Source: Obrimoposthia wandeli
Taxonomy: Eukaryota
Direction of reading: 5' to 3'
NCBI GenBank assembly: GCA_977020255.1
Contig: CDROCS010001655.1
Coordinates: 248,001 to 312,000 of the forward strand
Length of the DNA stretch: 64,000 nucleotides
The translations under genes were made by a program, and so were the position numbers. This document shows positions 20,601-35,600 of the stretch, piece after piece. The notes under the pieces were generated by a model. It searched no databases. It was given only the letters and a program-made list of their open reading frames with translations, and was not told the origin of the DNA. Every line of letters starts with the position of its first letter. Positions within the stretch are counted from its first letter, which is position 1.

Positions 20601-23600
20601 GTGCAAATGTGTGTGTGTACTTACTGTCAAATGCAGCAACTGCCACTTCAATCTAGCAATTGTGCTGGCCAGTCTTCTCCGGTTTCCCGTTCTTTCAGCG
20701 TCTTTGTGAACTTGATGATCCCACTGAGTGTTGTGTGCTGCATTATCGACAGCTGTTCATCAAATCCTCACTCTGTCACCGTGTCGAATAACAGTTAATA
20801 CTGTCACTAACATTTGCATTTTCCATTGAATATTTTAGTTCACTTAGACACGCGATGGATGTACAGTAGACCCGGCTTCATAAAGCCATCAGGACACTGG
20901 GTTGTCTGGGATTTTATAATCGAGGGGACGAAAAGACAATGCTCATTGCTCGTCATCGTTCTGTTGTCATCAGTACAAACGGTGTATACTAACATTGTCA
21001 GCGCTGACACATAAAAAACTTGACCAATGTCGTTTGCTTCTGTGGGTAGTCTTTTGATAAATCAGCACTGACAATAAGCTGCAGTTTGCTGAATCTATGA
21101 TTCTCAAGATCGCATTCTAACCCAGCAAGGAAATGTCGCATTTCAGCTGACATTGGAGGCCCAGGAACTTCTGAAACACTTGGTTCTTCCGCAAGGGTTT
21201 CCTTCTTTGCACACGGCAGAATGCCACGAATGAGCTCGTCCAGTTTGTCATCTTCCATCTATAGAACCACAATGAGACCGTCATTCACGAACAACGGAAC
21301 CCATTTCAGGAAAAGTTGGATTTATTAGCTGAGACATTTGACATACAAATTCCATATCTTGTCAATATTTATGCATTATGCGGGTACTTTTATAGAGTGA
21401 GGTTAATTGTACTATTCATTTATATAAGTAGTTGCCGATAGAATAATAATGAGCAAAATAATAATATTTAAAGTCTCTGTTTATTTCTCAATTTGCATTA
21501 GGTCTAAATTTTGAATTTTACTTTTAATAATTTTTCTTATAAGTAAATAAAACTAATCATATTTATACTTAATAATAGTAGAGATATTTTGATTTCGTTT
21601 ATTTAATCTAGTTCTTACTAAACAAATGATTAAGTAAAATTTAATTTTCAATTTTATATATATAATGATGTACATACCATATACCAACTGTCCCACAGCG
21701 AATTTCCAAACCCCAAAAGTCAGTTGTAATGTATATTTACGAAAATATAAATTACTAACTAAGTATTACAGCTTATTTTCACTTGAGTTTCGATTTTATA
21801 ATCGTTTATTTGATCACCATGCTGCTGCATTTACAACCGAAGAATGCAATTTTATTCTGAAGAATTTTTATCCGACTGGTAATTGTAGAGAAGTTGTTAG
21901 ATAATTTCCCGCAGAAATCCAAAAGAACTGCAGCGCGGAGCGTAGTTGTATCTGTTAAAGTGAATGATTAGAAGTACAGTGAAATTTACTTATTCGCACA
22001 CTGTAAATGGGTAATGTGCCTGACTTTCTTCATTGATTTAATACGAATGCCTGGTGGGTCAATTTTGGAAATCATAATTAATGATGTGGGATTTTATAAT
22101 TATTTCTTTAAAATTCCAGATATAAGAAGGAAATTGATTCTAATCTAAATCTACTGATTTTAAAATACAAATTCCTTTTTGTAACCAGTATTATGAGATA
22201 TAAGCCGTTCCCTTTTTAAATGAAAATATGCCAATAAAACTTGTGATGGTCACCCTGAGCCACGTTTTATTATTTGTTAAACACTTTTTTAAAAGTTGTG
22301 TGCTTTTTTACAAGACACAAATCGGATTAAAAGGTTGACTTGTCAAAACTATGTGGGATTTGTTTCCGTGGAATAATCCATTCGTTATTTTTGCAATACT
22401 GATACATGGGACTTCGCAAATTAGGCTTCTAAGCTTAATGTAGAATTGTATTCATTTGAAGAATGATTGATGCCTAGACTGGACATAGCCTTCCCTTATT
22501 TTGTTTTAGGAGTTGAATCTCGTCTATCGGTTCTGCGATACTGTTGGGATTTTTTCTTGGTACCACTTTTCGTCCAATTGACGAATGAAGCTGCTTTTTT
22601 AAGTTTATGTTGATCAGAGATAATTAAAGTTTTCTTAGGCAGGTTGTGATTATAAATTGAGTTGCTGACAAATTCGAAGTTGACAGCTTGGCTTAGTCTG
22701 AAGATCGCCCGCTTGCAATTGTGAGGTCCTAGGGTTGAATCTAGGCGAGGGCTACTTTTTATCTAACCTCTAAATGATAAAAGATTTGGTTCACATTTTG
22801 ATTTCGATGCCTTACCACAAGCTTGAGATGAGAAACGATTTTAATGACTGCGCCAGAATGGCTGACAAACTTGGGAACGGAAGAGACAGTGTTAGAAAAC
22901 GAAATAGTTGAACAAATTCTTTATCGTAATACTCTTATCGAAGAAAAGTCGGATTCCAAATCTGTATAGTTGTTATGTCCTTTGAAAATAAAGGTTGGTT
23001 TGACCGAACTGAATTAGCCTGGTTCAATTATAATGAAAACGGGTCCAAAATATGATTAAAAGTAGCCTCAGCATAACTCCAAAGGGTTAACGCACAAAAG
23101 CAACAAATTCTGACGACGTTACTTAAATTGTCTACAATTATTGATGAATACAAAGATAGTGCAAAAGCATATCTAGTCATATTATATTTTGTTGCAGATT
23201 CCTCACATTTGAATTTATTAGTATTTAAAAAACGGTTATTTATAAAAAAAGAATATTGCATAAGTTAAATTATTTTTACGTTTTGAGGAAAAAAAATTTG
23301 ATAAGTTTTTAATTATATTTATTTGTAATTGTGCTACACATGGAATAGTTGTACATTTATGAAACAAGCCTCTATAGTAACTCTCTCGTTGTGCGTTAAC
23401 TATAGCGAAAACCTACTGTATAAGCAAGTTAATAAAAGTCACAATAAATAATACGTTTTCTTAATTTATCTAACTAAATAAAATCATATGATTATATATA
23501 TATTAAATCAGGGGTTAATAAAGTGTTTAAGGGTCAAATTTCGATTTTATATTTGACATTGCTAACGTAACTATACCCTTTGTAGTTAGACTAGGTTTTC

Positions 23601-26600
23601 ATGAAAATAGTCTATATATTCCTATCTGAAATGCGTAAGTTCAAGAATGAATTAACGCTGAACAATCCGCATTCAGCAAACATCTCAAGGTCATAATTAA
23701 TGATGGCAAAAGCGGATCATCCTCGGATCTGAAGTCGTTGTTCCCGCCGGTCGTGATAGACAAAATAAAGGTGAGTCATAATCATCAGGTATATTTAAGT
23801 ACGAGTACTTAGTACCATTTCTATTTCACAAAATCTGGCATTTGTAGCTGATCATTTTATTAGAAATTTTAGTCGGATTGACTATTAATAAATGTATAAT
23901 TAAAATAACCCGCTGGTTTAATGTGACTAACTGATCTTTTCATAGCGCTAGAAATGATTCAAAAGTGACAAGTCCTTGAGAAATTCAAAACTTCTGCAAA
24001 AGTGAAATAGTTAAACAATTAAAATATAATTATTATGTTTTTTATTCATAAATTTTATAATTTTTTTTTATTTTAAACAACTTGGATTTTGCTACACTTA
24101 AAGTCAACGATGATATCCGGAAACTGATGGCACTTACATGATTTGTCAAATTCTGTTTCACACTATCTGGATATCTAGAGAGATATGGAAAATAAAATGT
24201 GAAATTTGATGTAAAATGAAAAACACACCGACGGGTAGAAAAAAATTGATACATGATAATTTATAGGAAGTATCAGAATTTTATAACACAAATGTGACTT
24301 GGGCGCCCTTAAGGGCAACAGTATATTAAATATAGCGTTTTTAATGGCTAGTATCGGTAAAATTGATGTGAGCAATTTTAAAATCTCGAATCTTAATGCC
24401 TACATCTCAATCATTACATTGAATTCAACTAAGGCCCACTGGAAATTGCAAGAATTGTGGTAGTATTGAAGAAATACACCATACGCATTTACATTAAATT
24501 AACTGGACAATGTTTTTTAAACATAGCTTGTGCTCTCTTTTGCTGATTTCTTGCTACAAGGCGTTGATCATATACGTTTTCTAAGAGTTACTTCGATATC
24601 AGCATCACGATTCCAATAATAAATGACTCCAAATATGAGTTGCTGTTTCGGTGTTACATTTTCACGTATCCATCTATTTATTTTTCAGCTCCCAACAATG
24701 TTCAAGGGATTCCTAGACCAGACAAGCACTCTTACACTATTGTCTTCCAGATAGTTCTCAGCTCTTGCATATATATATTATTTCCTCTTCCATCTGTATT
24801 TTCATACGACTCTCCAAACCTGTCAAGTACACCTGACCTAGCTCATTGATGAGTTAACGGTGATACATCATTAGAATTACATTGTAATTGTATATGGAAT
24901 TTTTGTATGTGATTGTGTGAAGGTAAATGTATTTTGTCTATCATAGCGTTTGATTCAAACATAAAATAGGTATTTTGACGAAGCTTATTGGAATACATTT
25001 AAAAAAATGTTTATTTGATTTATTTTATGCCAAATAATTTACTGTTGAAGCATATCTTGTCTTCCACATTTTTTTCACAATTATCAGCATTTTCCAGATT
25101 ATTTTCATTGATTTTTATTTAATGAAACCATAGACCTATCTCAAAAAGATTAATAACTTTAAGAAAGTAGAAAAAATTATAGTTAAACATTATTTAAAGT
25201 CCACGAAACGTTAATTTCTTGAAAACTACTGTCACCGTTCATTCAATACCCTATCTGTGGGTCTATTTCACTCCATGTCTGTAAGTTCATTCAGATGCAA
25301 AGTTTTATTATTAATTTAATAAGGGTTATGTCCAACTTTGCCGATTATCACTGTTGAGTTGCGGAAGGTGTCCTGTTTTCTCTCAAAGTATCACCTATCA
25401 AATTAAAGCAAAAATAGTGTTTGTTTCTATTAATTTGTCCAATACCGAAGCTTAATTTATTACATAAATATGATAATGAATTAGGCCAGGAAACCCTTCC
25501 TATCATACGTCACTTTTTATGAGAACAATCCATTCGAGGTTTTTGTAACAAAATTGGTAATTTATTTTTAATGGTTGTTGTGACGTAAATCTCCAGAAGA
25601 CGGTGATATTTTGAGAAGTATCAGAGGGTGTATCTAACTTTTTAAAATTTGATTTCTTTTTTCTTAGAATAATGATAATTGCTAACTTCATATATCAATT
25701 CCATGAGGTCTAATTCGACTGCTTTTTCTTTCACATCTGAACGTTATTTATGTATGTTGTATTATATTTGAAATTTTATAAATATTTATTTATTGCAGTC
25801 AAAGCATCTGAAGAAATTGATCCAGCCAAAAATTGCCGAGATCGAGCGATTGTCCGAGATGGAATATCTCCGGCGAACTGTCAGCGCTCTACAAAATGTC
25901 AATAATTTTGACCAGGACGAATTTAAATGTTCCCTAGGGGTAAGTTAGACATGTTAACAACCTAGACGATTGTGCTGTACTGATGACAGTGGTATATCGA
26001 TGGTCGTGGTATTAATATTTTTGATATTTAAGTGATATTCTAAACATTTATGTATATCTGAAATATTACAAGTGCATTTTTAAAGTGTATCTATATTTTT
26101 AATAACGAAGAAAATTCAATGAAACATGTATTTTCAAAAATTCAAATAATCTCAATGTTTTTCTGTTTTTTTATTCTTCGGATATGAGGAATTTAAACGA
26201 GTTTGTATTGAAATAAGCTTATTCAAGTCCTCTTCCGTTGACTATTTCTGTGTCTCGAGATATTTAATGACAACCTGAAAACACCATTATACTTTAATTT
26301 CGGTTGATGGTTTTTCTACGACTACGTCAGCTTCATCCTCAAAGATGACGTGTTCTGTTGATTCTCAGATGATTGCAATAATGTCAGCATATGTGGAGAT
26401 GTCTTCACTACGAGCCATTTAATCTACATTAGTGAATTCTTGGAGACTAATTCAATCCGTTACCTCGATGACATCGGCAATCTTGTTTTAAAAATGTAAT
26501 ATAGATGAAGTATATCGACATATGTAACAACAATTTAACTCTCAAACAACGTTTTAAGTTCATCTACTTCATACAGTCTCTTGGGGAGATATTGAAGTCT

Positions 26601-29600
26601 ACTAGGTCACAGTGTGCCCAGCAGCGTTTAAATGTTGTTGGATTTAGTTCTAGCCAAGCACCTTTGATCAACGTATAGCATCTGTTATTGGTATTTTAGG
26701 CTTTTCGTCTTTATCATAAAGCTCAATGAGGTGACGTAGTTCATGACCTCTGTTAAGAGTTTCCAGTGTCTATGTTTCCAGCATCACATTGTTGTATTTT
26801 TGAAGTAGGATTTGCAACTGTTTCTTTATATTTTTTAAAATATTTCTCTGTTCGTTAATCTAGATAGTCTAACTTCTGAGTAAATATGGAAGGAATATCA
26901 TATTGACTTAAACAGGGATGACATGCTGCGTTATCTCTTTTCCCGATAATGCTATGAGTGTTGCTCTTTGACATATTAACTAAAAAAATTAAATACTAGA
27001 AACGCGCAAAAGTTTAAGGCTATCTAAAAAGAAAATAAACTTTATATTAGTAAACAATCAATTACATGTGATCACTTCTTTATCAGATTGTTCATGAGAA
27101 TCCAAAAAATGTAAATTGTGTTCAAAAAAATTGCAAAAGAACTACTGTAGGTTTCATTAAATATTTATTCAATATACAAATACTGATCCTAGTCGTACGT
27201 TCTACACGTGACTCAAATTATTGATAATTTCGATCAAGTCAACGGTGAATAGCTAGTGTATTGCTACAGGGAAATTAATTACCTCCATGTGTTTAATATG
27301 AATAAAGTTGTCTTATCTTATCTATTTGGATTCTTTTTGTATGTGATTATGTGTGAAGGTAAAGGGTATTTGATTATCAAAACTCTGGTACATAAATAAT
27401 AAAATTTATTCGACTTAGTTTTTGGATTTACATTTCAAGAAAATGTTTAATTCGTTTATTTTATGCCAAACAATTTACTATAGAAGCAGATCTTCTTTTC
27501 ACATTTTGTCATAATTATCGTCATTTTCAGGATTATTTTCATCATTATCATCGAAGTTTCATATACATTCCGTTCAAATGAAATATAAGATCGATTATCA
27601 CTTATTAATAAGACATATTCTAAAAATAGTATTTAGAAAGTAATTGAAATTAAAAAGAGTGTCACATCATTTTAAATCCACGAATCGTTAATTCCATCAC
27701 TATTCATTTTAGGTAACACTGATAGATTAAATATCTTTTCTATAATAAAACAGTCTACATCACATATTTATTTGTGTGCGTTTATGTTTTTATCACCTAC
27801 GACTTGAGGTAATTTGAAATTCGTGTGCCTTAGCCTATCGTAAGTTTATTCAGATTCATGATTTTATTAAAAAATTAATATGTGATGTCTAACTGTGACG
27901 ATTATCACCGTTGAGCTACGATGAATGTAGATAATTTTTCAAATTACAAAAGTACGCACACAATTAAAAACAAACTTCATACTTATGATGCAATTAATCT
28001 CAAAATTGAAATAATTAGTGCGACGAATCTAATGTTATTGATTACACATAAATTTGAAATCATGAATATCCTAATGTACTTTTGACTTATTCGATAATAT
28101 TAGTATGGTAATTTTCTCGTAAGATATTTGAATATAAAATCCATATAAATTGTTGTAAATATAAACAAATACAAATGTCAATTCAATTTATACTGAGATA
28201 CAAATTATGAATTCAGTGAAAGTATTGTTTACCTATTGCTATTTATAAGTGCAATTTACACATTGTTATGATTGAAATCTACTTCAATTGAACAGTTAAT
28301 TTTTGAATTGGAGTTTACACAGATTTTGTAGATAGCGAAATTTTCTTTCAAACGATGACTTTTGGTGTTTAGATTTTTTAAGAACGGATATCGGTTAGAA
28401 TTTCTTATTATTTTTGTTAGTCTTCTTTTTTATTCATAAAACATAAACAGGGAATCTTTTGGAATTGTATTGAAATGGACGCCATATTTGAATATTAATT
28501 AAACCAATTTGGTATTTATTAAACACATTCGAAAGTTCTAACTATAGATATTTGCATTTCTCAATAAATAAACTTTACAGATAACGAGATACTGGCAATT
28601 TCATTTATTTAACCAGCTCTTTATATATTAAACTCCCACCAATCACATCACGCCTGGAATTGTGAATGGTAGGCTAAAGTGTGATGTGATATGCATTTGC
28701 ATTTCTCAATAAAAAAACGTTGAATACGGTGAATTTCACATTTGACTTATAATTATTACCTGATAGCTCAGATTATTTTTATTGGATTACAACTAAGTTT
28801 ACAAATACAAGTCATTTGTAAGTATACTGTATATTAATGTTTTCTAACATTGTCTGTTGTTTCTTATTTGTTATACCAACTAGACGCATTTTTGAAATTG
28901 TACCATGTCTAATTTTGGTTAACATACCAAGATCATATTTGAAAGATAGATATTGAGGCTGTTCGATAGAGTTATCATTGTTGCAGTGTGGGAAAGTATC
29001 ATAAAGGAAATATTAGGAGGATAAATTACATTTCAGGAGTAATGTAGCTTAACTGTTTCTCCTACTAGTAACCATACTTAGCTTTGGGGTATCTGTTTAT
29101 TTTTTTTATTCAACCATTCAGGCTGGAGAGGGCTTGCCAGTTACTGTTCTGGTCGGGCCTAAGATCGACATTTGCCTCTCCATGGGACCAGAAAACAAAG
29201 TGAGCGATTTGTAAAGTTACAAGGTCATTGTGCTTATTTGACTTGGACCATGAGTGAAGAGATATTCTTCTACAGATATCTTTTTTTTTAATAAAGTTTA
29301 ATCATAGATAATTATTTTATTTGTCTCAAATCACAACATAATAATTTTCTACTTACAAAATTAAAGTAGTTGACATTTTGAAAAATATGTTTTGTAATAG
29401 TATTTCTAAGACAAACATTTTCTACCAAAATGATGTAAAACTAATTAAAAAATCTTTCAATACTAGTGGCAAACATTGATTATTTTGGGGTGGATTGTAG
29501 GTAGATCCTCAGAGGTCATACCATACATTGAACAGATCTACTATGATTCCCTTTGAAAAGTAGAAAAAAATTGCCCATCATGAGGGATGTCTTTCCAATG

Positions 29601-32600
29601 TCATCTTTGCAACTTCCGTCGCTCTAAAGTGATTGATTCAAATTTGGTCAAATCACAACCATAGACCTTTATGAGTTCGAATTTTGATGGTGGGAACGTG
29701 TAAAGCCACGGACAATCGTGTCTCATTGACGCGAATCACGAAAATTCCCTCTGTATGGCAGTCTTCTGCTTACTCATTGACCATAAATAGGGTTACCATC
29801 CATACGTCTTTGGTGCGTAAAATACGCCTTTCGGGGACGGAAAACTTATAATGTACGCCATACACCCGCTTTGCAGAAATGTTCAAAATATTTTATATTT
29901 ATAGTTTTTGTAGTTATACCAAAGAATTGAATTAGTTTATGTTGATTTCTCGTAATTTAAGGTTTAGTTTTTATTCTACGCAATACATACTTATGTATCT
30001 TATTACAAAAAATTTTAAAAATCGCATTTGTAAAATTTGAATTACCAAACGATTTGAGAATGTCAAAATGTAACAAGCCTCGCCACAAGCAGTTCCAGAC
30101 CAGCCATTGACTTTATTTTAACAGACAGACACATTATATAATATGGATGTGTGTGCTAATTTTTTAAAGAAATTATTTGAAAATCATATGTAAATAAAGT
30201 CAGTGAAGGTTTGTAAACTTAAATTGCACCGAAATTATACATGGGTGTAGTTTTGCTTGAACCAATCATAGTATTGATGGGTATTTTTTAAAACTTTTTA
30301 AAAGGAATCATTGTAGACCTGTTCAATGTATGGTATGACCTCTGAAGATTTACCTACAATTTCTCCCTAAATTTTCAATGTTTTCCACTAAAATTGAAAA
30401 GTATTTAAATAAGTTTTGCATAATTTTGGTAGAAAATGTTTTCACAAATATATTTTCCCAAATTTCAACTACTTTAATTTGGTAAGTAGAAAATTGTGTA
30501 TTTTTTATTTAGTTCATCCCACATCACCAATTCTGAATGAGGCACATTAAATCGTATCAAAATTTTTAAACCTTGGGTACTGTTTAACTAGATACAAATG
30601 TGCTCCAAACGCCAGCTATTCCTACGTGATATTTTATAATACTGGATTGTACTGTAGTTGTAAATATACCAAAAAGAAGTTGGAATTGGTTTGTTCAAAG
30701 CTTAGTTTCTTCTTGACAGCTGCAACATAATAACATTGATACACATACTTTTAGAAATGTATGAAAATGTCATTTGATACATAACTGGAAATGTTGACAA
30801 AGTCAAATGTTTAAACTAATTCAGTGTCAACATTCACATTAAACAATGTTCATGTTATGCAGGTTTGACTGTATGTATAAATTTTCGATTTGTGGTAAAA
30901 TTGCACAATTGTAAATGTAATTAAAGTAGTTTTTAATTGCACAATAAATAATCGTTTATGTTGACTAAACACGTCATGTGGTATCATTTTTAATAAACTC
31001 CAGCAAACAGCAATGAATTTATTATCGTATTTTGAAACGTAACAGGTAACGATGTTGTCGTTTAAAATATTAAAACCATATAGAAATAATAATATGAGGT
31101 TATTCCGAACGTAATCCGATTTTTGCGATAATTTACACATCTTTTCATAAATTAAGTATAATGAATTGCAATCATAAAATTGAGAGTCCAGCATTTCGCA
31201 GGTTGTTGTAAACCATTGAGATTCCATACGGTGAATGTAGAAGCAAAGGGGGTTTAAAGATTACATCAACCTTCGATATCGGCTTCATCTTTTTGTGGGT
31301 TGACCTTGACTCTAGCATTTTTGTTGTTATTGGAGTAATACTTTCCGTTTCACTAAAATTGGATTCCAATCTTCCACTCTCAGTCTTAGTTTACTTGCTC
31401 TCAACAGAGAGTAGAGTCAATAGTGGATCAGCCTGCAACTGAGTTGAGGTATACAAGGCCTTCTTAATTCCATCAATGGCAAATTATAACCTTCTCGAAA
31501 ATACCTACTTTAACTATTTTACTTCTTTCTTCATATTTTATTTTCACCAAATTTATTTACTAAAATACAACAATATAAATGCTTGATTACTTTGGAACAA
31601 CCTAATAATGATAATTCATGAGATATTAACTTTGTCAAGTTAATTTTGTTTATTTCAAATCGTTGAACGGAATTAATCTGTGTTCGTCGATTGAAATATT
31701 TGATAAGGTTTTGGTTAGGCTGATGATTGGCTGTTTCAGAAGCGGGTGATTGGGTTCTTCCGGAAAGTGGACAGCATTGCCGTAAGCATCACCCCGGACG
31801 GACAGCAGTGTCAGGTTCGACTGGGTATGACCCATAACGCCGGAGCTGCTGCAACCTCCGCGACGGCGGAAAACAGCCTCGTGTTGACCTTCATCGATGT
31901 TGAGGTCGCTGACAACTTCGTACATCTTCTGGACGCATACACCGGCCACTGTAAACTCGTCACCAGTTGTCCAGTCATGTGAGTGGAATGCCAAACAATA
32001 TCTGTAATGGTTTTACTTGACTTTAAAATGGCGTACTTTTTATCTAAATTGAATAATTTTTGTTAATATTTTATGGTGTCCAGTGAGTTATTTTTTGAAA
32101 TATTTTGAATATGCTTTGAATGTAGGTCAATCATATTTTTAATATTTTCATTTTGTTGATTGCTAATTATTATTATTGACAATTTTTGTTTATTTCAGCC
32201 ACTCTAAGAGTCCCCCTGATGCAATCGGTGAGTTTTTAAATCTCTTTGTTGCTTATGCGACCACTATTAGATATTTTTAGACATTTCTACACTCCGTTAT
32301 AAAGTTATATATTCATTGTGTAAATTCTATTGTAACAAATTTTAATCATAAAATAATTCATTTTAAAAGACTATGTATATATATTTTGAATTAAATTTGA
32401 CATAAATTCATATATCGGTTTCTGTATGTAAAATATAAACTGCTGTTATTTCTGCATTCAATGGCGCTAAAAATTATATCTACCGTTACTTATCTGCAAA
32501 AATGCAATCTGAGTCACAAGGAACAAAATATTGTACAATTCAATTCCTAGGATGACTGTTTATGATTGGTTAATAATTTCTTATTTTATTTTAACTTCAA

Positions 32601-35600
32601 ATTCTTGTCGACAAATTTGTAATTCTGTTTCATATTTTTTAACAATTATTTAACTGTCAAAGATTTTTTATTGATTAAATTATTTTCTTATATTTTCAAT
32701 CACTTCTATGAGCAATTATGGTGAACAGTTCAAGAATATTATAAATTACTATGTATTAACTGTTCCTTGGTAATCTTTTCGGGAAATGTCAGATATAAAA
32801 TATGTTGCTCCTAATATTTTCAACATTATTCATAATTTAAAATAATATACAGAATGAAATCTCGAAACCATAATTTTATTTTTGCATTATTTAAAAGTAA
32901 ATATTAAAAAATTGGTGTCTTTTATAAATTGGAATCCCACTAGACTGATAAATTTTGTCAAACTATCGTAATTAAATTCATATAATTTTTAAATTTATTT
33001 GTCATTTATCAACTACTTGAATGTTTTCAAATGAAGCCTATGTATTTTAAATTAAAAAAACTGTTATTTGTAGTAGTAGATATAGTTTTAACATTTTAGA
33101 ATGCAGCCGTTTCTAAATTATTGCCGCACAATCCTTTAAGAACAATTGAAGCTGGAATTAATCTATACTTTACAGCAGCGGTTTCCAAAGTGTTGGTCGC
33201 GGCTCCAGGAGAACTAATGATTTTCCAAAAGGATCGCGTTAAAAATATTTCGATACTTCAAATAAAATTTTTGAACATTACCATGAACAAATAATCTTCA
33301 ATAATTTTACGAAGCTATTTTTAAAGTTAGAAATTAAAAAAGTAGGTCTTGAAAAAGTACAGAACATGTATTTTTTATATAATTTTCCTGTGGTATGAAA
33401 GAGTAATGTTCAAAAATTTTACAAAGATATTTTTTACGTTAAAAATTTGTTTATTTTAAAAAGTTTTTGAATTAATAAATATAATTGTATTACTAATTTT
33501 TTAAAGGGGCGTGAAAGTTTTCCTCTTTTTTACTAGGGCTCTTTCCAAAAAGTTTCGAAATTGCTGCTTTACAGGGATGTTGATAATTATGCAGTTTAAG
33601 GTGCTGTTTTTTTAAAAATGCATTTATATTTTTTTATATTTTAAATTGTTTTCTTTACTTTGAAATTTAAATAGAGTATGTTAATTTATAATAAAATATA
33701 AAACATGAAAAAATACAATTATGAGTTTATTTAGTTTAAAATATTTATACTCAATGTAAAACATTTATCTAAAATCAACCAAGAATTCAGATCAAATATA
33801 ATAAAAGACATCGATTAAACAACTGCAACGAATATTCCTTGTTGTGTTCCCAGAAAATGTATTCCGATTTTGAATTTGCTTACCTTTTATAGACCTTCCG
33901 GAAATTGACAAATCACGTGTGAAACGGGAGAAGATCCTCGACAACGGACAGTTTGGAGACGTCTATAAGGGTACTTTGAGGCAGGTGGGTACTTTTATAT
34001 TTTCTTTTGGAGTACACTGTTTTACAACTTTTTTAAAAGTTCCTGGCGCCTTTTTGATAAAAAACTTATTAAAAACACATACAATGATATTGAATTTCGA
34101 TATTGTAGCAAAGGGAAATTTTGTATGTTTTTTTATTTTCACATTTTTTGCATTCATTTCACACAATGTTTTTTCAGAAAGGTTCAAAAAGTTGGGTTAC
34201 AGTCTTTTTCATACGATGCTGTTGTGAGAAAGATCTATAAATGTTTGGGTGCTCTGGCTTTAGTACCACTAGATAATTTAGCTGCTGCATTTATGTTTAT
34301 TAAGACTATGTTGCCAACAATAGAAAATCCTCATGAGGAATTAGAGAATTAATAAATTATTTTCAGAGAACTTGGCTTTCGAAAAATAGTAAATTTAGTC
34401 CTAAAATGTGGAATCACCATGGAAATTTTGGAAATCGTACAACAAATCATTTAGAAGGCTATCACAATAGATTGGCTAAAAGAATAAAAATAAGCCATCC
34501 AAATATTTATATATTAATTGATAATCTCAAAAAAGAATATGAATTTTATTCAACCCAGATGAAGTTATTGAAAGTGGGAGGAAAACCACCCAAATTAAAT
34601 AAAAAGTATGCAAATATAAATGAAAGAATGGAAAAATTGCATAATAATCTAGAGGATCATTTACTAAACTTTGAATATTTTATTGTGATGATTGGGTATT
34701 ATTTAGATTTTAAAGATTAGTTTAATATACATTTTGGATATGATTTGGATATTTAGTTTCCGTTAATTTTTAGAAATTAAACTTTTTTTTGAACTTTTAT
34801 AAAACTTCCGCCATTTTAACTTTTGACTTATTTAAACAATTAAGTTAAAATGTTTAAAGAAGTAAATATTATTAAATAAATTTATATTACGAATAAATAA
34901 ATATATTTTTTCATTAATGAAAGTAATTATTTTAGTAAAATATATTTTTTTAATTTAAAATTGTTAATTTTAATTGTATATTTTTATTTTGAGGTTTTTG
35001 AATCGGATATTCTAGGGATATACCCTGTAGACACTGAAGGATTGAATATGTGACAAGCTTGTCGCCATTTCTAAACATTTTGAGCTGTAATAGCACATTT
35101 AAATGAAATTTTCGCATTCTTTTCAACCGATTTAACCGTTTTTGTACATTTTTAGTAAAGAAAATTAAGTTGTAATTGACTAATTTTTAAAAAATATATA
35201 TTCTTTATATTCTTTATTAATATTTTAGACACAAGCTAACTCCACAAATGATAAGAAAAGTTCGGTCCTTTAATTATACTTTATTTTTGTGAGATACAGA
35301 GTTGTCGAAATTCATAGAAACAAACACTTTTTCTGCCTCTATTCGGTAGAGGGACCATGAGAAAAGAGCAGTGCTGGACAGTTTTGAATAGTCGCATGCA
35401 AAGACATATGAAAGAGAAAATGGCATACAAAAACACACCAAGACAATAATGTAAGGGTGTAAAATCTAAAAAAAACATTTCACATCACCATTTCTGTTTA
35501 TTAAAGATGTCATACTAAGCATTTGTATGACATTTGTGAAATACCATTTATTGCAAGTTCTTTTCGATTATTTTTCTTCGCGAAATCGCATATTCGTATA

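Larger units (their letters stand above)
24880..27930 (+). repeat. Two diverged direct copies (~24880-25440 and ~27330-27930) of an interspersed repeat
   Basis: Shared blocks TTTGTATGTGAT..GTGTGAAGGTAAA, TTATTTTATGCCAAA.AATTTACT, TCCACGAA.CGTTAATT, CGATTATCAC.GTTGAG. Confidence 0.6.

Noticed and set aside
25975-26010. CTGATGA as a hammerhead ribozyme core
   Set aside because: No stem II followed by GAAA.
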